DNA of 64,000 nt from Candidatus Anderseniibacteriota bacterium (GTDB lineage: Bacteria; Patescibacteriota; Andersenbacteria; UBA10190). Position 1 is the stretch's first letter, and every line of letters begins with the position of its first letter. A program made the position numbers and the translations under genes. The stretch is from NCBI GenBank assembly GCA_021414205.1, contig JAIOOW010000003.1, forward strand, positions 48 through 64,047. Reading direction: 5' to 3'. The notes beneath the pieces were generated by a model. It saw only the letters and a list, made by a program, of their open reading frames with translations. It was not told where the DNA came from and did no database searches. Of this stretch, positions 17,776 to 26,965 are shown piece by piece.

Positions 17776-18744
17776 TTACTTAGATGCTTCTACAAGCTTC
17801 ATTTCCGATTCAACCATCATTGATACCAACTCAGGGAATGAAACGCTCGGCTCCCACCCAAGAACGCTTTTTGCCTTTGAAGGATCCGCAATAAGAAGGT
17901 CCACTTCAGCCGGTCGCATAAATTCTTCAGCCTGCTCAACATAATCCTTCCAGTTAAGCCCAACGTGCTTGAATGCTAGATCTAAAAACTCCTCAACAGA
18001 ATGCGTCTCTCCAGTTCCGATAACAAAGTCCTGGGCAGTATCTTGCTGAAGCATCAACCACATTGCACGAACATAGTCTCCCGCAAAGCCCCAATCGCGC
18101 TTTGCATCAACGTTACCCATAATAAGCTTCGTATCCAATCCTGCCTTAATGCGCGCTACGCCATTTGCAATTTTCCTCGTGACGAATTCGCGACCTCTGC
18201 GCGGAGACTCGTGGTTAAACAGCATCCCAGAACATGCGAATAAATTGAAACTCTCGCGATAATTAATCGTCGCATAATGACCGTATACCTTCGCAACGCC
18301 GTACGGACTTCGCGGATACAAAGGGGTTGTTTCTTTTTGAGGAACCTCCATAACCTTCCCAAACATCTCACTGCTACTTGCTTGATAAAAACGAGCATCG
18401 GGCTTAATAATTCGAATTGCTTCAAGTACGCGCGTAACACCAACCCCTGTTGCGCTGCCAGTTAGCTCAGGGATATCCCAGCTCGCTTTTACAAATGACT
18501 GCGCAGCCAAGTTATACACCTCATCGGGCATGGATTGCTGAACGGCGCGAATAATGGAAGATGAATCCTCTAAATCACCCGTAATCAAGTGAATATCTTT
18601 TAAAATATGCTCTATATTCTCAAACTGATAATTAGCGCTTCGTTGCACCAATCCATACACCTTGTACCCTTTTTCCAATAATAGCTCCGCAAGATACGAA
18701 CCGTCTTGTCCGGTGACCCCTGTTATTAATGCTGTTTTTGACAT
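17776..18744 (-). CDS. gmd: GDP-mannose 4,6-dehydratase
   Basis: [54 protein letters not shown] motifs. Confidence 0.96.
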   Translation of the reverse strand: MSKTALITGVTGQDGSYLAELLLEKGYKVYGLVQRSANYQFENIEHILKDIHLITGDLEDSSSIIRAVQQSMPDEVYNLAAQSFVKASWDIPELTGSATGVGVTRVLEAIRIIKPDARFYQASSSEMFGKVMEVPQKETTPLYPRSPYGVAKVYGHYATINYRESFNLFACSGMLFNHESPRRGREFVTRKIANGVARIKAGLDTKLIMGNVDAKRDWGFAGDYVRAMWLMLQQDTAQDFVIGTGETHSVEEFLDLAFKHVGLNWKDYVEQAEEFMRPAEVDLLIADPSKAKSVLGWEPSVSFPELVSMMVESEMKLVEASK

Positions 18745-18764
18745 ACAACAATACTACAGAACAT

Positions 18765-19670
18765 ATGGATATAAATACAACCCCACTACGAGGAGGGCTA
18801 CTTATCAATAAGCCAGTAGGAATAACGTCGCATGATGTTATTTATCAACTTCGAAAAATGCCCCAATTGCAAGGCATAAAAATCGGCCATAGCGGAACCC
18901 TCGATCCGTTTGCGACAGGAGTATTACTCGTACTTATTGACGGGGCAGCGCGCCTGCAAGACGAACTTCACTTATTACCAAAAACATATAAGGCGGAAAT
19001 TATGTTGGGCGCAAATACGGATACGGACGACGCGACAGGCGAATTTCTTCCCCAAGTAAAAGAACACAAAGGAGTGTCCGCACCATCACAAGAACAAATC
19101 CTCGCTGCACTTGACCACATTAAACAGCAAACAACCCAGATTCCGCCTATATATTCCGCAATTCAGGTTGGCGGCAAAAGAATGTATAAACTGGCTCGAG
19201 AGGGGAGAACGGTTGAGCAAAAGCCACGAAATATAACTATTCATGATATTACTTTGGAGAATTATTCGTATCCCACGCTCACCATTACAGCAACGTGCAG
19301 CACTGGCACCTACATCCGAGCGATTGCACGCGATATCGGAACAATGCTTAGCACGGGTGGATATTGTTCCCAGCTCGAACGCACAGCTATCGGAAATTTC
19401 AAAATAAAAAATGCGATTACTATCCAAGATATTCCAGAGAACATATCTAGTGTTCTTATTCCGCTCGAACAATTAACGGAACATCTGCACTCAAGCTCGT
19501 TCTCAGATTCCAATGTCGCAAAATTAAAAAATGGCAGGGAAGTGGAAATACCGGAAAACAGCCCCCAAGACATACCTATAAGATTATTAACTAGCAATAA
19601 AAAGGTATTCGGGATTGGAATACGGCAATCTAGCGCCCTTTTCATCACCCCAAAAAAGATATTCCTCTAA
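18765..19670 (+). CDS. truB: tRNA pseudouridine(55) synthase
   Basis: NKPVGITSHD, GHSGTLDPFATG, PPIYSA, CSTGTYIR motifs; start refined to ATG 18765. Confidence 0.95.
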   Translation: MDINTTPLRGGLLINKPVGITSHDVIYQLRKMPQLQGIKIGHSGTLDPFATGVLLVLIDGAARLQDELHLLPKTYKAEIMLGANTDTDDATGEFLPQVKEHKGVSAPSQEQILAALDHIKQQTTQIPPIYSAIQVGGKRMYKLAREGRTVEQKPRNITIHDITLENYSYPTLTITATCSTGTYIRAIARDIGTMLSTGGYCSQLERTAIGNFKIKNAITIQDIPENISSVLIPLEQLTEHLHSSSFSDSNVAKLKNGREVEIPENSPQDIPIRLLTSNKKVFGIGIRQSSALFITPKKIFL

Positions 19671-19719
19671 CGCCCTATCAGGTATACCTCCCTCACATAA
19701 AAACATATATAATATAAAA

Positions 19720-20364
19720 ATGAATTCGCCTACCGCCCCATTAACGCCATCCTCAGAGCTAGGAAAGGATATAGAGAAACGAACATTTGGAGCAATTAAG
19801 CTTCATCCCACTGATAAAATTTATGAGAACTTAGAAAAGGATGAAGAAATCGTACTTTGCCTCGAGCGGCATTGGTCGCAACTTTTACGACCTGCCATTA
19901 ACGCACTCGTAATGAGTGCGCTTCCAATCATAATCATAATTGCCTACACAATCCTCGGTTTTTCATATCCAACAATTCCACAAATTATGGTTGCAACGTG
20001 GTTTTGGTACTGCCTTATTTTTTACTACTCCCTTTCCAGAATCATAGAGTGGCGTTCCGACGTATATATTATAACGGATGAACGAATCATAGATTTTGAC
20101 ACACGGGCATTCTTTTCAGAAAAAGTTACCGACACAGATCTTGATTCGATACATGAAATTCATTATGAAACTGGTGGAAATTTATTATCCGGGAGTATGA
20201 ATAAGGGGAAAATTATATTAAAAGACGTGAGCGGGAGTGAAGTCATAATGAATAATATCCCCCACCCAGCAGACGTGGCGCTGGTATTGGGCGAACTCAT
20301 AGAAAAAATTAAGGATGAGGCCCTGAAAACAAATACCACGTCCGCAGAAGTTCCATCAGTATGA
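19720..20364 (+). CDS. Membrane protein with a bacterial PH-like domain
   Basis: EKDEEIV..LERHW, two TMs, YIITDERIID; TATAAT 6 nt before ATG 19720. Confidence 0.7.
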   Translation: MNSPTAPLTPSSELGKDIEKRTFGAIKLHPTDKIYENLEKDEEIVLCLERHWSQLLRPAINALVMSALPIIIIIAYTILGFSYPTIPQIMVATWFWYCLIFYYSLSRIIEWRSDVYIITDERIIDFDTRAFFSEKVTDTDLDSIHEIHYETGGNLLSGSMNKGKIILKDVSGSEVIMNNIPHPADVALVLGELIEKIKDEALKTNTTSAEVPSV

Positions 20365-20594
20365 ACTCAGCAATCCTTACCGCTACCCTCCTCCAAACGA
20401 TTCCAAATACAATTATTGTAATAGTTCTTTGCGTATATACCCTCTTTGCATTTGTAGCCTTTATTAAAATAAAACGATTAGAAAAGTGGCTCCTAAGCCT
20501 ACGCGCCTACAATTTTCCTCGCTATGCATTCATTCATCTCATATTGGCAACAATCGGTTTATTGATGGCCTTCATACTATTATTTTTTCTTTAA
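20361..20594 (+). CDS. Small two-TM hypothetical protein
   Basis: ATGA overlap with the upstream gene; hydrophobic. Confidence 0.6.
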   Translation: MNSAILTATLLQTIPNTIIVIVLCVYTLFAFVAFIKIKRLEKWLLSLRAYNFPRYAFIHLILATIGLLMAFILLFFL

Positions 20595-20600
20595 TCATCT

Positions 20601-21518
20601 ATGGCAGATATATTCACAATTCTCCTGACAATTTGCGGATTAGCACTCTTTGAAACAATCAGCAGCATTGATAACGCCATTATTAATGCAGAAGTCCTAG
20701 GAACAATGAAGAAAGCCTCTAGAAAGTGGTTTTTAACATATGGCATGCTCTCAAGCGTTTTTGTTGTGCGAGGGTTACTTCCATGGCTTATTGTTTGGAT
20801 TGCTACGCCGTCTCTTAGCCCCCTCAAAGCTCTTACTGCGACATTCTCAAGCGATCCGACAATAGTCCAAGCAATCGACTCTTCTTCTCCGATTCTTCTT
20901 ATAGGTGGTGGCGTATTCCTCATTTCCCTATTCCTTCATTGGCTTTTTCTAGAACCAAAAAGCTACGGCCTTCCAAGCGAACGCTTTTTTGAAGCCCAAG
21001 GAGTATGGTTTTTTGCAATCTTATCAGTAATTCTCGCTAGCATCGTATGGCTCTCACTGAAAATAAGCCCGATGATGGCATTCGGGGCCGTAATAGGATC
21101 CACTATATTTTTTATCACGCACGGATTCAAGCAAAATGCTGAAAAAAATGAACAAGGACTTATCGGATCGGGACTATCTGATATAAGCAAATTATTCTAC
21201 CTAGAGGTAATTGATACGACCTTCTCAGTAGACGGGGTCCTTGGCGCATTTGCATTCACACTGGCAGTACCCCTCATCATGATAGGAAGCGGTTTAGGAG
21301 CGATCATAGTAAGACAACTTACAATGGGAAATATTGAAGCAGTTAAAAAATATGTTTTTCTAAAAAATGGCGCAATGTACTCAATATTGGTTCTAGGTAC
21401 AATCATGCTAATGGATAGTTTCAATCTCCATGTGCCAAGCTGGCTATCCCCAATAGCAACATTCGCAATTATTGGCTTTTTTTACCTAAAATCATTCAAA
21501 CAAGAGAGGGCCTCATAG
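20601..21518 (+). CDS. DUF475/TerC-like membrane protein
   Basis: FETISSIDNAIINA, YLEVIDTTFSVDGVLGAFA motifs. Confidence 0.85.
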   Translation: MADIFTILLTICGLALFETISSIDNAIINAEVLGTMKKASRKWFLTYGMLSSVFVVRGLLPWLIVWIATPSLSPLKALTATFSSDPTIVQAIDSSSPILLIGGGVFLISLFLHWLFLEPKSYGLPSERFFEAQGVWFFAILSVILASIVWLSLKISPMMAFGAVIGSTIFFITHGFKQNAEKNEQGLIGSGLSDISKLFYLEVIDTTFSVDGVLGAFAFTLAVPLIMIGSGLGAIIVRQLTMGNIEAVKKYVFLKNGAMYSILVLGTIMLMDSFNLHVPSWLSPIATFAIIGFFYLKSFKQERAS

Positions 21519-21538
21519 TAGCACTTTGGGTCAGGTTA

Positions 21539-21567
21539 TTGACTTTATTTTGAACTTTTGTCATACT
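21539..21567 (+). promoter_or_regulatory. Sigma-70 promoter of rpsT (leaderless-type spacing)
   Basis: TTGACT-17 nt-CATACT with a TG extension; ATG 7 nt downstream. Confidence 0.7.
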
Positions 21568-21574
21568 TCCCTTC

Positions 21575-21838
21575 ATGCCACAACTATCCGCTGGAAAGAA
21601 AGCTTTACGAAAAGACGCACGACGACGTGCTGTTAATGATGTTTGGAGAAAAAAGATTCGAGAAGCTAAGAAGGCTGTTCGAGAAGCCATTGCCTCTAAT
21701 GATGCAAAAAAGATTGCAGAAGTAGCAGTGCAGGCTGAAAGCATCTTCGACCGAGCTGCAAGACGGAATATCATTCATCCGAACGAAGCAGGCCGACGAA
21801 AAGCTGGATTACGAAAGCTCCAAATAAAGGCGAAATAA
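21575..21838 (+). CDS. rpsT: 30S ribosomal protein S20
   Basis: 87 aa, basic; KKALR...R...N, DRAARRNIIHPN.A.RRK motifs. Confidence 0.95.
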   Translation: MPQLSAGKKALRKDARRRAVNDVWRKKIREAKKAVREAIASNDAKKIAEVAVQAESIFDRAARRNIIHPNEAGRRKAGLRKLQIKAK

Positions 21839-22780
21839 TTACGACGCCAAACCAATAACGAGCATTGTAACGATGGACCGAGGGTCCATCGTTTTATTAC
21901 TGTTCATGGATCGCTCTACGCCCGCAATACGAACCAAAGCATCTTGGATAACAGGCACAGAAAGCCTTCGCACTATTGGAGTCGCTTTCTGCACGGCAAT
22001 TGGATGAAACTTTGATTGCTTAGAAATAACGCTGGCGCTTTCGTTATTATCGATACCCATTCGTACTGCCAAAAACAATCTGAATTGATACGCAATCATC
22101 GATGTAATGAACCTCTCTGATGCACCGCCTGCAATCATTGACTGCAAAATATTCGTGGCAATAATGGGCTTCTTCGCCGTAATGGCTTCCAAGAGCGGAA
22201 AGGCACTAGGCACTGCGCTGCTGCGTTCCGGAACTATACTTTCAACATCATCTTTTGTTACCACCTCTTTATATGCTACCAATTTTTGCAGCTCTGATGC
22301 GAGCGCATACGTATCAAATCCAACCCTCTGCACCAGCGATATCATCGCATCCTGCTCTATAGCATCGTCTTTCATGCCCCCTTCTTTTATATAGTTCTGT
22401 ATCCACCGTACGCCCTGTTGAATATCACCAATTGCCGGAAACTGCTCAACCTCTGCATTCTTTTTGAGAAACTTATGCACAGCAGATCGAGCATCTGCGC
22501 CCCCTCGTTGCCAAAAGATACTATCACCCTTCATATTTTCAGGCGTGCAATATTCGATAATTTGAGTACGAACTGCTTCGGAATATGATAATGGATCCCG
22601 GAACACCAGAAGAGACACTCCAAATAGCGATCCTTTTGCGCTATCAAAGATAGCTTCAATAGGAGAATTCCTCATATCATCTTCATCCACAAAACGAACC
22701 TGCGCATGCGACTTATTCGCATACGCAGCTATCTTCGCTCGCGCCGTTCGTGTATCTTCCCCGAAGAAATATCGGATCAT
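21839..22780 (-). CDS. holA: DNA polymerase III delta subunit
   Basis: YFFGED, SLFG, L.SELQKL, D.E.IV, MIAYQFR motifs; convergent with rpsT. Confidence 0.8.
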   Translation of the reverse strand: MIRYFFGEDTRTARAKIAAYANKSHAQVRFVDEDDMRNSPIEAIFDSAKGSLFGVSLLVFRDPLSYSEAVRTQIIEYCTPENMKGDSIFWQRGGADARSAVHKFLKKNAEVEQFPAIGDIQQGVRWIQNYIKEGGMKDDAIEQDAMISLVQRVGFDTYALASELQKLVAYKEVVTKDDVESIVPERSSAVPSAFPLLEAITAKKPIIATNILQSMIAGGASERFITSMIAYQFRLFLAVRMGIDNNESASVISKQSKFHPIAVQKATPIVRRLSVPVIQDALVRIAGVERSMNSNKTMDPRSIVTMLVIGLAS

Positions 22781-22799
22781 GAATATACACTACACGCTC

Positions 22800-23933
22800 C
22801 TACTTTCCTGTCCAAGTCACTGAAATAGTCGGCTCAACCGCAGTTACCCATACCTGTCCGCGAGTAAACGTAATCGGTTTTCCTTGTGCGTCCAAGAAAT
22901 GCACAGGGTCTTTCTTATTATTAATATCTTTTGTCCACTTCCCCGTAATTGCTTTTCCGTCCTCGTATACCGTTAAGTCTCCAGTTCCTTCGATGGCAAC
23001 ATTGTTGTATCCGCCAGGTCCATCCATGTACGTATTCGTTGCGCGCATCACCGCAACTACACTTGGGGCAATCACTTTCTTGTCGTACCCATCGACCTGC
23101 TTTACTCCTGCCCAGTATCTTACATATCGATTCGTTGCAGAATCATATTCATAGCTCACCTTAAATGCGCCAGGCCAATTGATCGTAAGCGTTCCCCCTG
23201 TAGGCCGGTCGCTTGCAGGAGCATCGTCTTTAAAATCATACCCCTTGAACTGAGTCTCTGTTCTGTACCCGAGCTTTTGCAACGTATCCCACAATCGCGC
23301 ATATGTAGTAAACCCATTATACGGCGCAGGCAAGTTATCCTTTCTGAAGAAGGCATTATTCGGATTTTGCAGAGCATTCATTGTTTGGAATTGGCCTGCT
23401 GCAATCATATTAAGCGCCCAGTAGCTTCCTCCCCAGTGAGCCATGATTCCATCAATACCGTCGAGCAAGTACAAGTAATCGTGTCGAGCAGAACGCACTG
23501 ACCCCATTTCAGGAGCCTCTCCGCACTGATACACGGCAGTAAGTCGCGTAACATCGCTCACAAGCACCGGCAACTCAAACACCATGTCTGCCGTAGAAAA
23601 TCCTGAAAGCGGACGATTAATTGGATCTCCTGCAAGCATTACGCCAATCGGCCTTCGGTTAGGATGATCGCATGGCATTCCAGACAATCCGCTCGTATCT
23701 CGATTTACGGGCGCAGGCGTAGGAGATGCATTTTGTCCAAGCGGAAGATTGCCGTACATAGAAGTGCTCCCAGAACCTTTAGATTTGGAATGAAGCCCCG
23801 CATATGCGCCAACTGCAATAACAATAACGCCCACAACTACCGCGATTATAATTGGAAGCATCTGCTTCTTTTTAGAAGAGGGCGAATGCATCCCTGCTTC
23901 CGGATTAGAATGTTGAGGCTCTTCTTCAGACAT
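22800..23933 (-). CDS. DUF3048 family membrane-anchored protein
   Basis: RRPIGVM, ADMVFE, TRL.AVY, GSVRSAR, HWGGS, APYN, G.VWV motifs. Confidence 0.8.
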   Translation of the reverse strand: MSEEEPQHSNPEAGMHSPSSKKKQMLPIIIAVVVGVIVIAVGAYAGLHSKSKGSGSTSMYGNLPLGQNASPTPAPVNRDTSGLSGMPCDHPNRRPIGVMLAGDPINRPLSGFSTADMVFELPVLVSDVTRLTAVYQCGEAPEMGSVRSARHDYLYLLDGIDGIMAHWGGSYWALNMIAAGQFQTMNALQNPNNAFFRKDNLPAPYNGFTTYARLWDTLQKLGYRTETQFKGYDFKDDAPASDRPTGGTLTINWPGAFKVSYEYDSATNRYVRYWAGVKQVDGYDKKVIAPSVVAVMRATNTYMDGPGGYNNVAIEGTGDLTVYEDGKAITGKWTKDINNKKDPVHFLDAQGKPITFTRGQVWVTAVEPTISVTWTGK

Positions 23934-23981
23934 GATAATTATGCTAGAAAATAAATGATTCCTTTATAATACCTCACTGCC

Positions 23982-26468
23982 CTATCCAATATCAAAAAGG
24001 GACTCGCTCATGTATGAATCGTGTTCCACTTTATCGCTTTGTTGATTAGGTTTTACTCCTTCAAATCGAGATGTAATCTCTTGCTCAACATCAGCGCGAG
24101 ATCTGCCATAGAGCGTCCGCGAATTCTCTTTTATCTGCCCTGCGATATCAGGATCTCCAATTGCAGGAGGAAGCGGCACAGCAATACTGCATGCGCGCTC
24201 CGGCGTACTGTTCACAAGAGGTCGAACAACGGCAGTAAATCGTCTCAAGTTTACTAAATCATATTGCGTAAACACGGGTGCAAATTGTTTTTCCATAAAC
24301 TCCGCATCCTCAACGCCAATGCGATACGAAACAATCGTACCAACGTTTCCAAATACGGCATCTGCAATCGGCTCGTCAAGCTGATTAATAAACTGATGTG
24401 CCAAATTAAGATTCAAACGATACTTTCTTGCTTCCGACAATATCGTCGCGATGCTGTCGGTTGTAAAATTTTGAAACTCATCAAGGTACAAATAAAAATC
24501 ATTACGCTCGTTTTCCGGAATATCTGCGCGACCAAGAGCAGCTATTTGAATTTTAGATACCAGTACAAATCCCAATAAATCAGAATTCATATCGCCTAAT
24601 TCCCCTTTCGATAAATTGCAGAGCAGAATTTTCTTCTGATCCATAATCTCCCTCACATCAAATGATGATGTTGCCTGCCCGATAATATTCCTCACTGTGT
24701 CGTTACTAATAAATCTACCAAGCTTACTAATGATATAGCTGAGCATATCCGCAGACATTTGTCCGCGCTGGGACTGTGCAAATTCTTGGTTCCAAAACTG
24801 CAACACAACAGGGTTTGTAACTTTGCTCAATATTTGCTTCCTGAATGGCTCATCCACAAACATGCGAGGCACGTCGAGCAATGTTGCCTGCGGATCTTCA
24901 ACAAGCGCTAATAATGCATTCCTTAAATAATGCTCGAACATCGGCCCTATCGATTCCGGATTTAACCTTGCGGCAAGCTTTTGCAAAATTTGCACTACCT
25001 CATTTACAACTAAGTCCCTCTGCTCAGAATTCTTTGATTCTAAAATATTAAACCCGAGTGGGCGGTCTTTATCTCGCGGATCAAACAGCACAACATCCTT
25101 CAATCGATTCTGAGGAATGTGGTGTAGAATATCTGAAATTAAATCGCCGTGCGGATCTACAACGCCGACGCCATTCCCTGCCTGAATATCCTGAATAATC
25201 ATGTTTAAAAACATCGTCGTTTTTCCAGTTCCAGTTTGGCCCAATAGATACATATGGCGTCTCCTATCAGACTGGCTGATATGTACAGGCGTATCGATTC
25301 CCCGATACTGATTAACACCAATTAACACGCCATCTTGAGGAAGATTACTTGGCGCAGGCGCAGACTTAGCTCCTCTCCAAACTATATTAGGAGTAGATGT
25401 GGTAGGAAGAGGAAAGTGATACATACTAGATATTTCAGCAGTGCCAAACACCGATGCGGAGGATTCATCAGGAACTCGAAATACCATCTTCTCAATAAAC
25501 TTCTTCTTGTTTTTAGGTTCCTTAAACACAAGCTGATTTAAGTCGGGAAAATCATACTGAGAAAATGCTGATGCAAGGCCATGGAATACGCGCTCCGCAT
25601 CGTCCCGCTTTCGCACAGAAACGCCCACGCGAATATTTACAGAGAACTGCTGTTGTACCATTTTCGCTTCTACCAACTCAATACGTTGTTGCATCCGAGT
25701 TGTCATCTTGCCTGCTCGCTGCTCGTCCGTATCCCTATCCGACTTTGTTTTCGTTACTGCAGATAAAATTGAGGAAAAACCAAACGAGGAGCTCGAAAGG
25801 TCCGCTTGCTTCCCGAGCATCGTACGTTTTGTGGCTTGCGATGCCTGTATAGATGACGATCTCGATGCCGGCGTAAGAATGTACTGTATTAGTGCGGAAT
25901 CAGTGCTTTGCATTTTTGCCAATGCGCCCGTAAGCGGCTGCATCGGATCAACTTCCAACTCTTTATATGTTGCAATTGGCAAATATTCTTTCCGTCGTAA
26001 TCGGAAACTGGCCACACGAACAGCATCCCCTTCCGCAAAAATGGTAAATTCTGGAGCATCCTTAACTTCCGCTTCTGGATAATGCGCATAAATCTGCTTT
26101 TCCAAATGCTGAATATACTTCCGTTCTGTTCCTGCAAAAAACAAAATTCCTTGATCTGGGATACTGGCCATCTCAAACACCACGACTGGCTTACCATATA
26201 GAAACTGCTGTTTCCAGGATGATGGCAAAGATGAGAGCGTAGATAAAAACTGCTCTCCAACCGCGATACGCTCCTTGATTGACTGCCCAATACCTTCCTC
26301 CCTATCTTCCTTCTGCATATCTTTCGGCAACAGCACTTGGAGCATTTGAATATCTAGCGATCGAGACATTCGCGCACGTTCACGAAGAAGCAGCGCTATC
26401 GCAAAAAGTCCGGCGCAACAGAGGCCCAACATAATAACTAGTAACAAAAACCCGATAAAAGAAATCAT
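23982..26468 (-). CDS. VirD4/TraD-like (HerA/FtsK superfamily) coupling ATPase
   Basis: N-terminal TM; RRRHMYLLGQTGTGKT (Walker A), VDPHGDL, LYLDEFQNF (Walker B), SEARKY, AHQ. Confidence 0.85.
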   Translation of the reverse strand: MISFIGFLLLVIMLGLCCAGLFAIALLLRERARMSRSLDIQMLQVLLPKDMQKEDREEGIGQSIKERIAVGEQFLSTLSSLPSSWKQQFLYGKPVVVFEMASIPDQGILFFAGTERKYIQHLEKQIYAHYPEAEVKDAPEFTIFAEGDAVRVASFRLRRKEYLPIATYKELEVDPMQPLTGALAKMQSTDSALIQYILTPASRSSSIQASQATKRTMLGKQADLSSSSFGFSSILSAVTKTKSDRDTDEQRAGKMTTRMQQRIELVEAKMVQQQFSVNIRVGVSVRKRDDAERVFHGLASAFSQYDFPDLNQLVFKEPKNKKKFIEKMVFRVPDESSASVFGTAEISSMYHFPLPTTSTPNIVWRGAKSAPAPSNLPQDGVLIGVNQYRGIDTPVHISQSDRRRHMYLLGQTGTGKTTMFLNMIIQDIQAGNGVGVVDPHGDLISDILHHIPQNRLKDVVLFDPRDKDRPLGFNILESKNSEQRDLVVNEVVQILQKLAARLNPESIGPMFEHYLRNALLALVEDPQATLLDVPRMFVDEPFRKQILSKVTNPVVLQFWNQEFAQSQRGQMSADMLSYIISKLGRFISNDTVRNIIGQATSSFDVREIMDQKKILLCNLSKGELGDMNSDLLGFVLVSKIQIAALGRADIPENERNDFYLYLDEFQNFTTDSIATILSEARKYRLNLNLAHQFINQLDEPIADAVFGNVGTIVSYRIGVEDAEFMEKQFAPVFTQYDLVNLRRFTAVVRPLVNSTPERACSIAVPLPPAIGDPDIAGQIKENSRTLYGRSRADVEQEITSRFEGVKPNQQSDKVEHDSYMSESLFDIG

Positions 26469-26947
26469 AGAGAATATACAAAAACTATGACCGCAACAAC
26501 AATAGCAGCAAACAATGCGAAAATGCCAAACAATACTTTAGGGGATACATAGTGCTCATTCACGCGATCAGCAATCACAGCGTCGTACAACCTTCCCGTC
26601 AATACGTCATGGAGCAAATCAATATTTCGTGGAAAATATTCGCTCGTTTTCGCTTTTGCAATCGCTACATCAAGCCCATCCGAAAACGCCGTTTCAACCA
26701 ACGCCTGAACTTCTTTATGCTCTTCAGGAGAATGTTCCCATGGCTCCCTGATAGGAGTAACGCCAACACCTTCGTGCTCAAATACTTGCACTAATTCCTC
26801 ACCCAACAATTCCTTATCGCGCTTTGTACCGGGTACTGCATGCTTTTCGACGCGTCGTTCGTACGACTCCTGAAATGAGCGTGCTTGTTCTGGATTGCGA
26901 AAAATCAACGACTCGCGCACCCCTCCCTTGCGAGATTCCAATGACAT
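26465..26947 (-). CDS. Hypothetical protein with a C-terminal TM
   Basis: ATGA-coupled to the ATPase gene; TATACT 8 nt upstream. Confidence 0.65.
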   Translation of the reverse strand: MSLESRKGGVRESLIFRNPEQARSFQESYERRVEKHAVPGTKRDKELLGEELVQVFEHEGVGVTPIREPWEHSPEEHKEVQALVETAFSDGLDVAIAKAKTSEYFPRNIDLLHDVLTGRLYDAVIADRVNEHYVSPKVLFGIFALFAAIVVAVIVFVYSL

Positions 26948-26965
26948 ATGCCATAAGTATATCAG

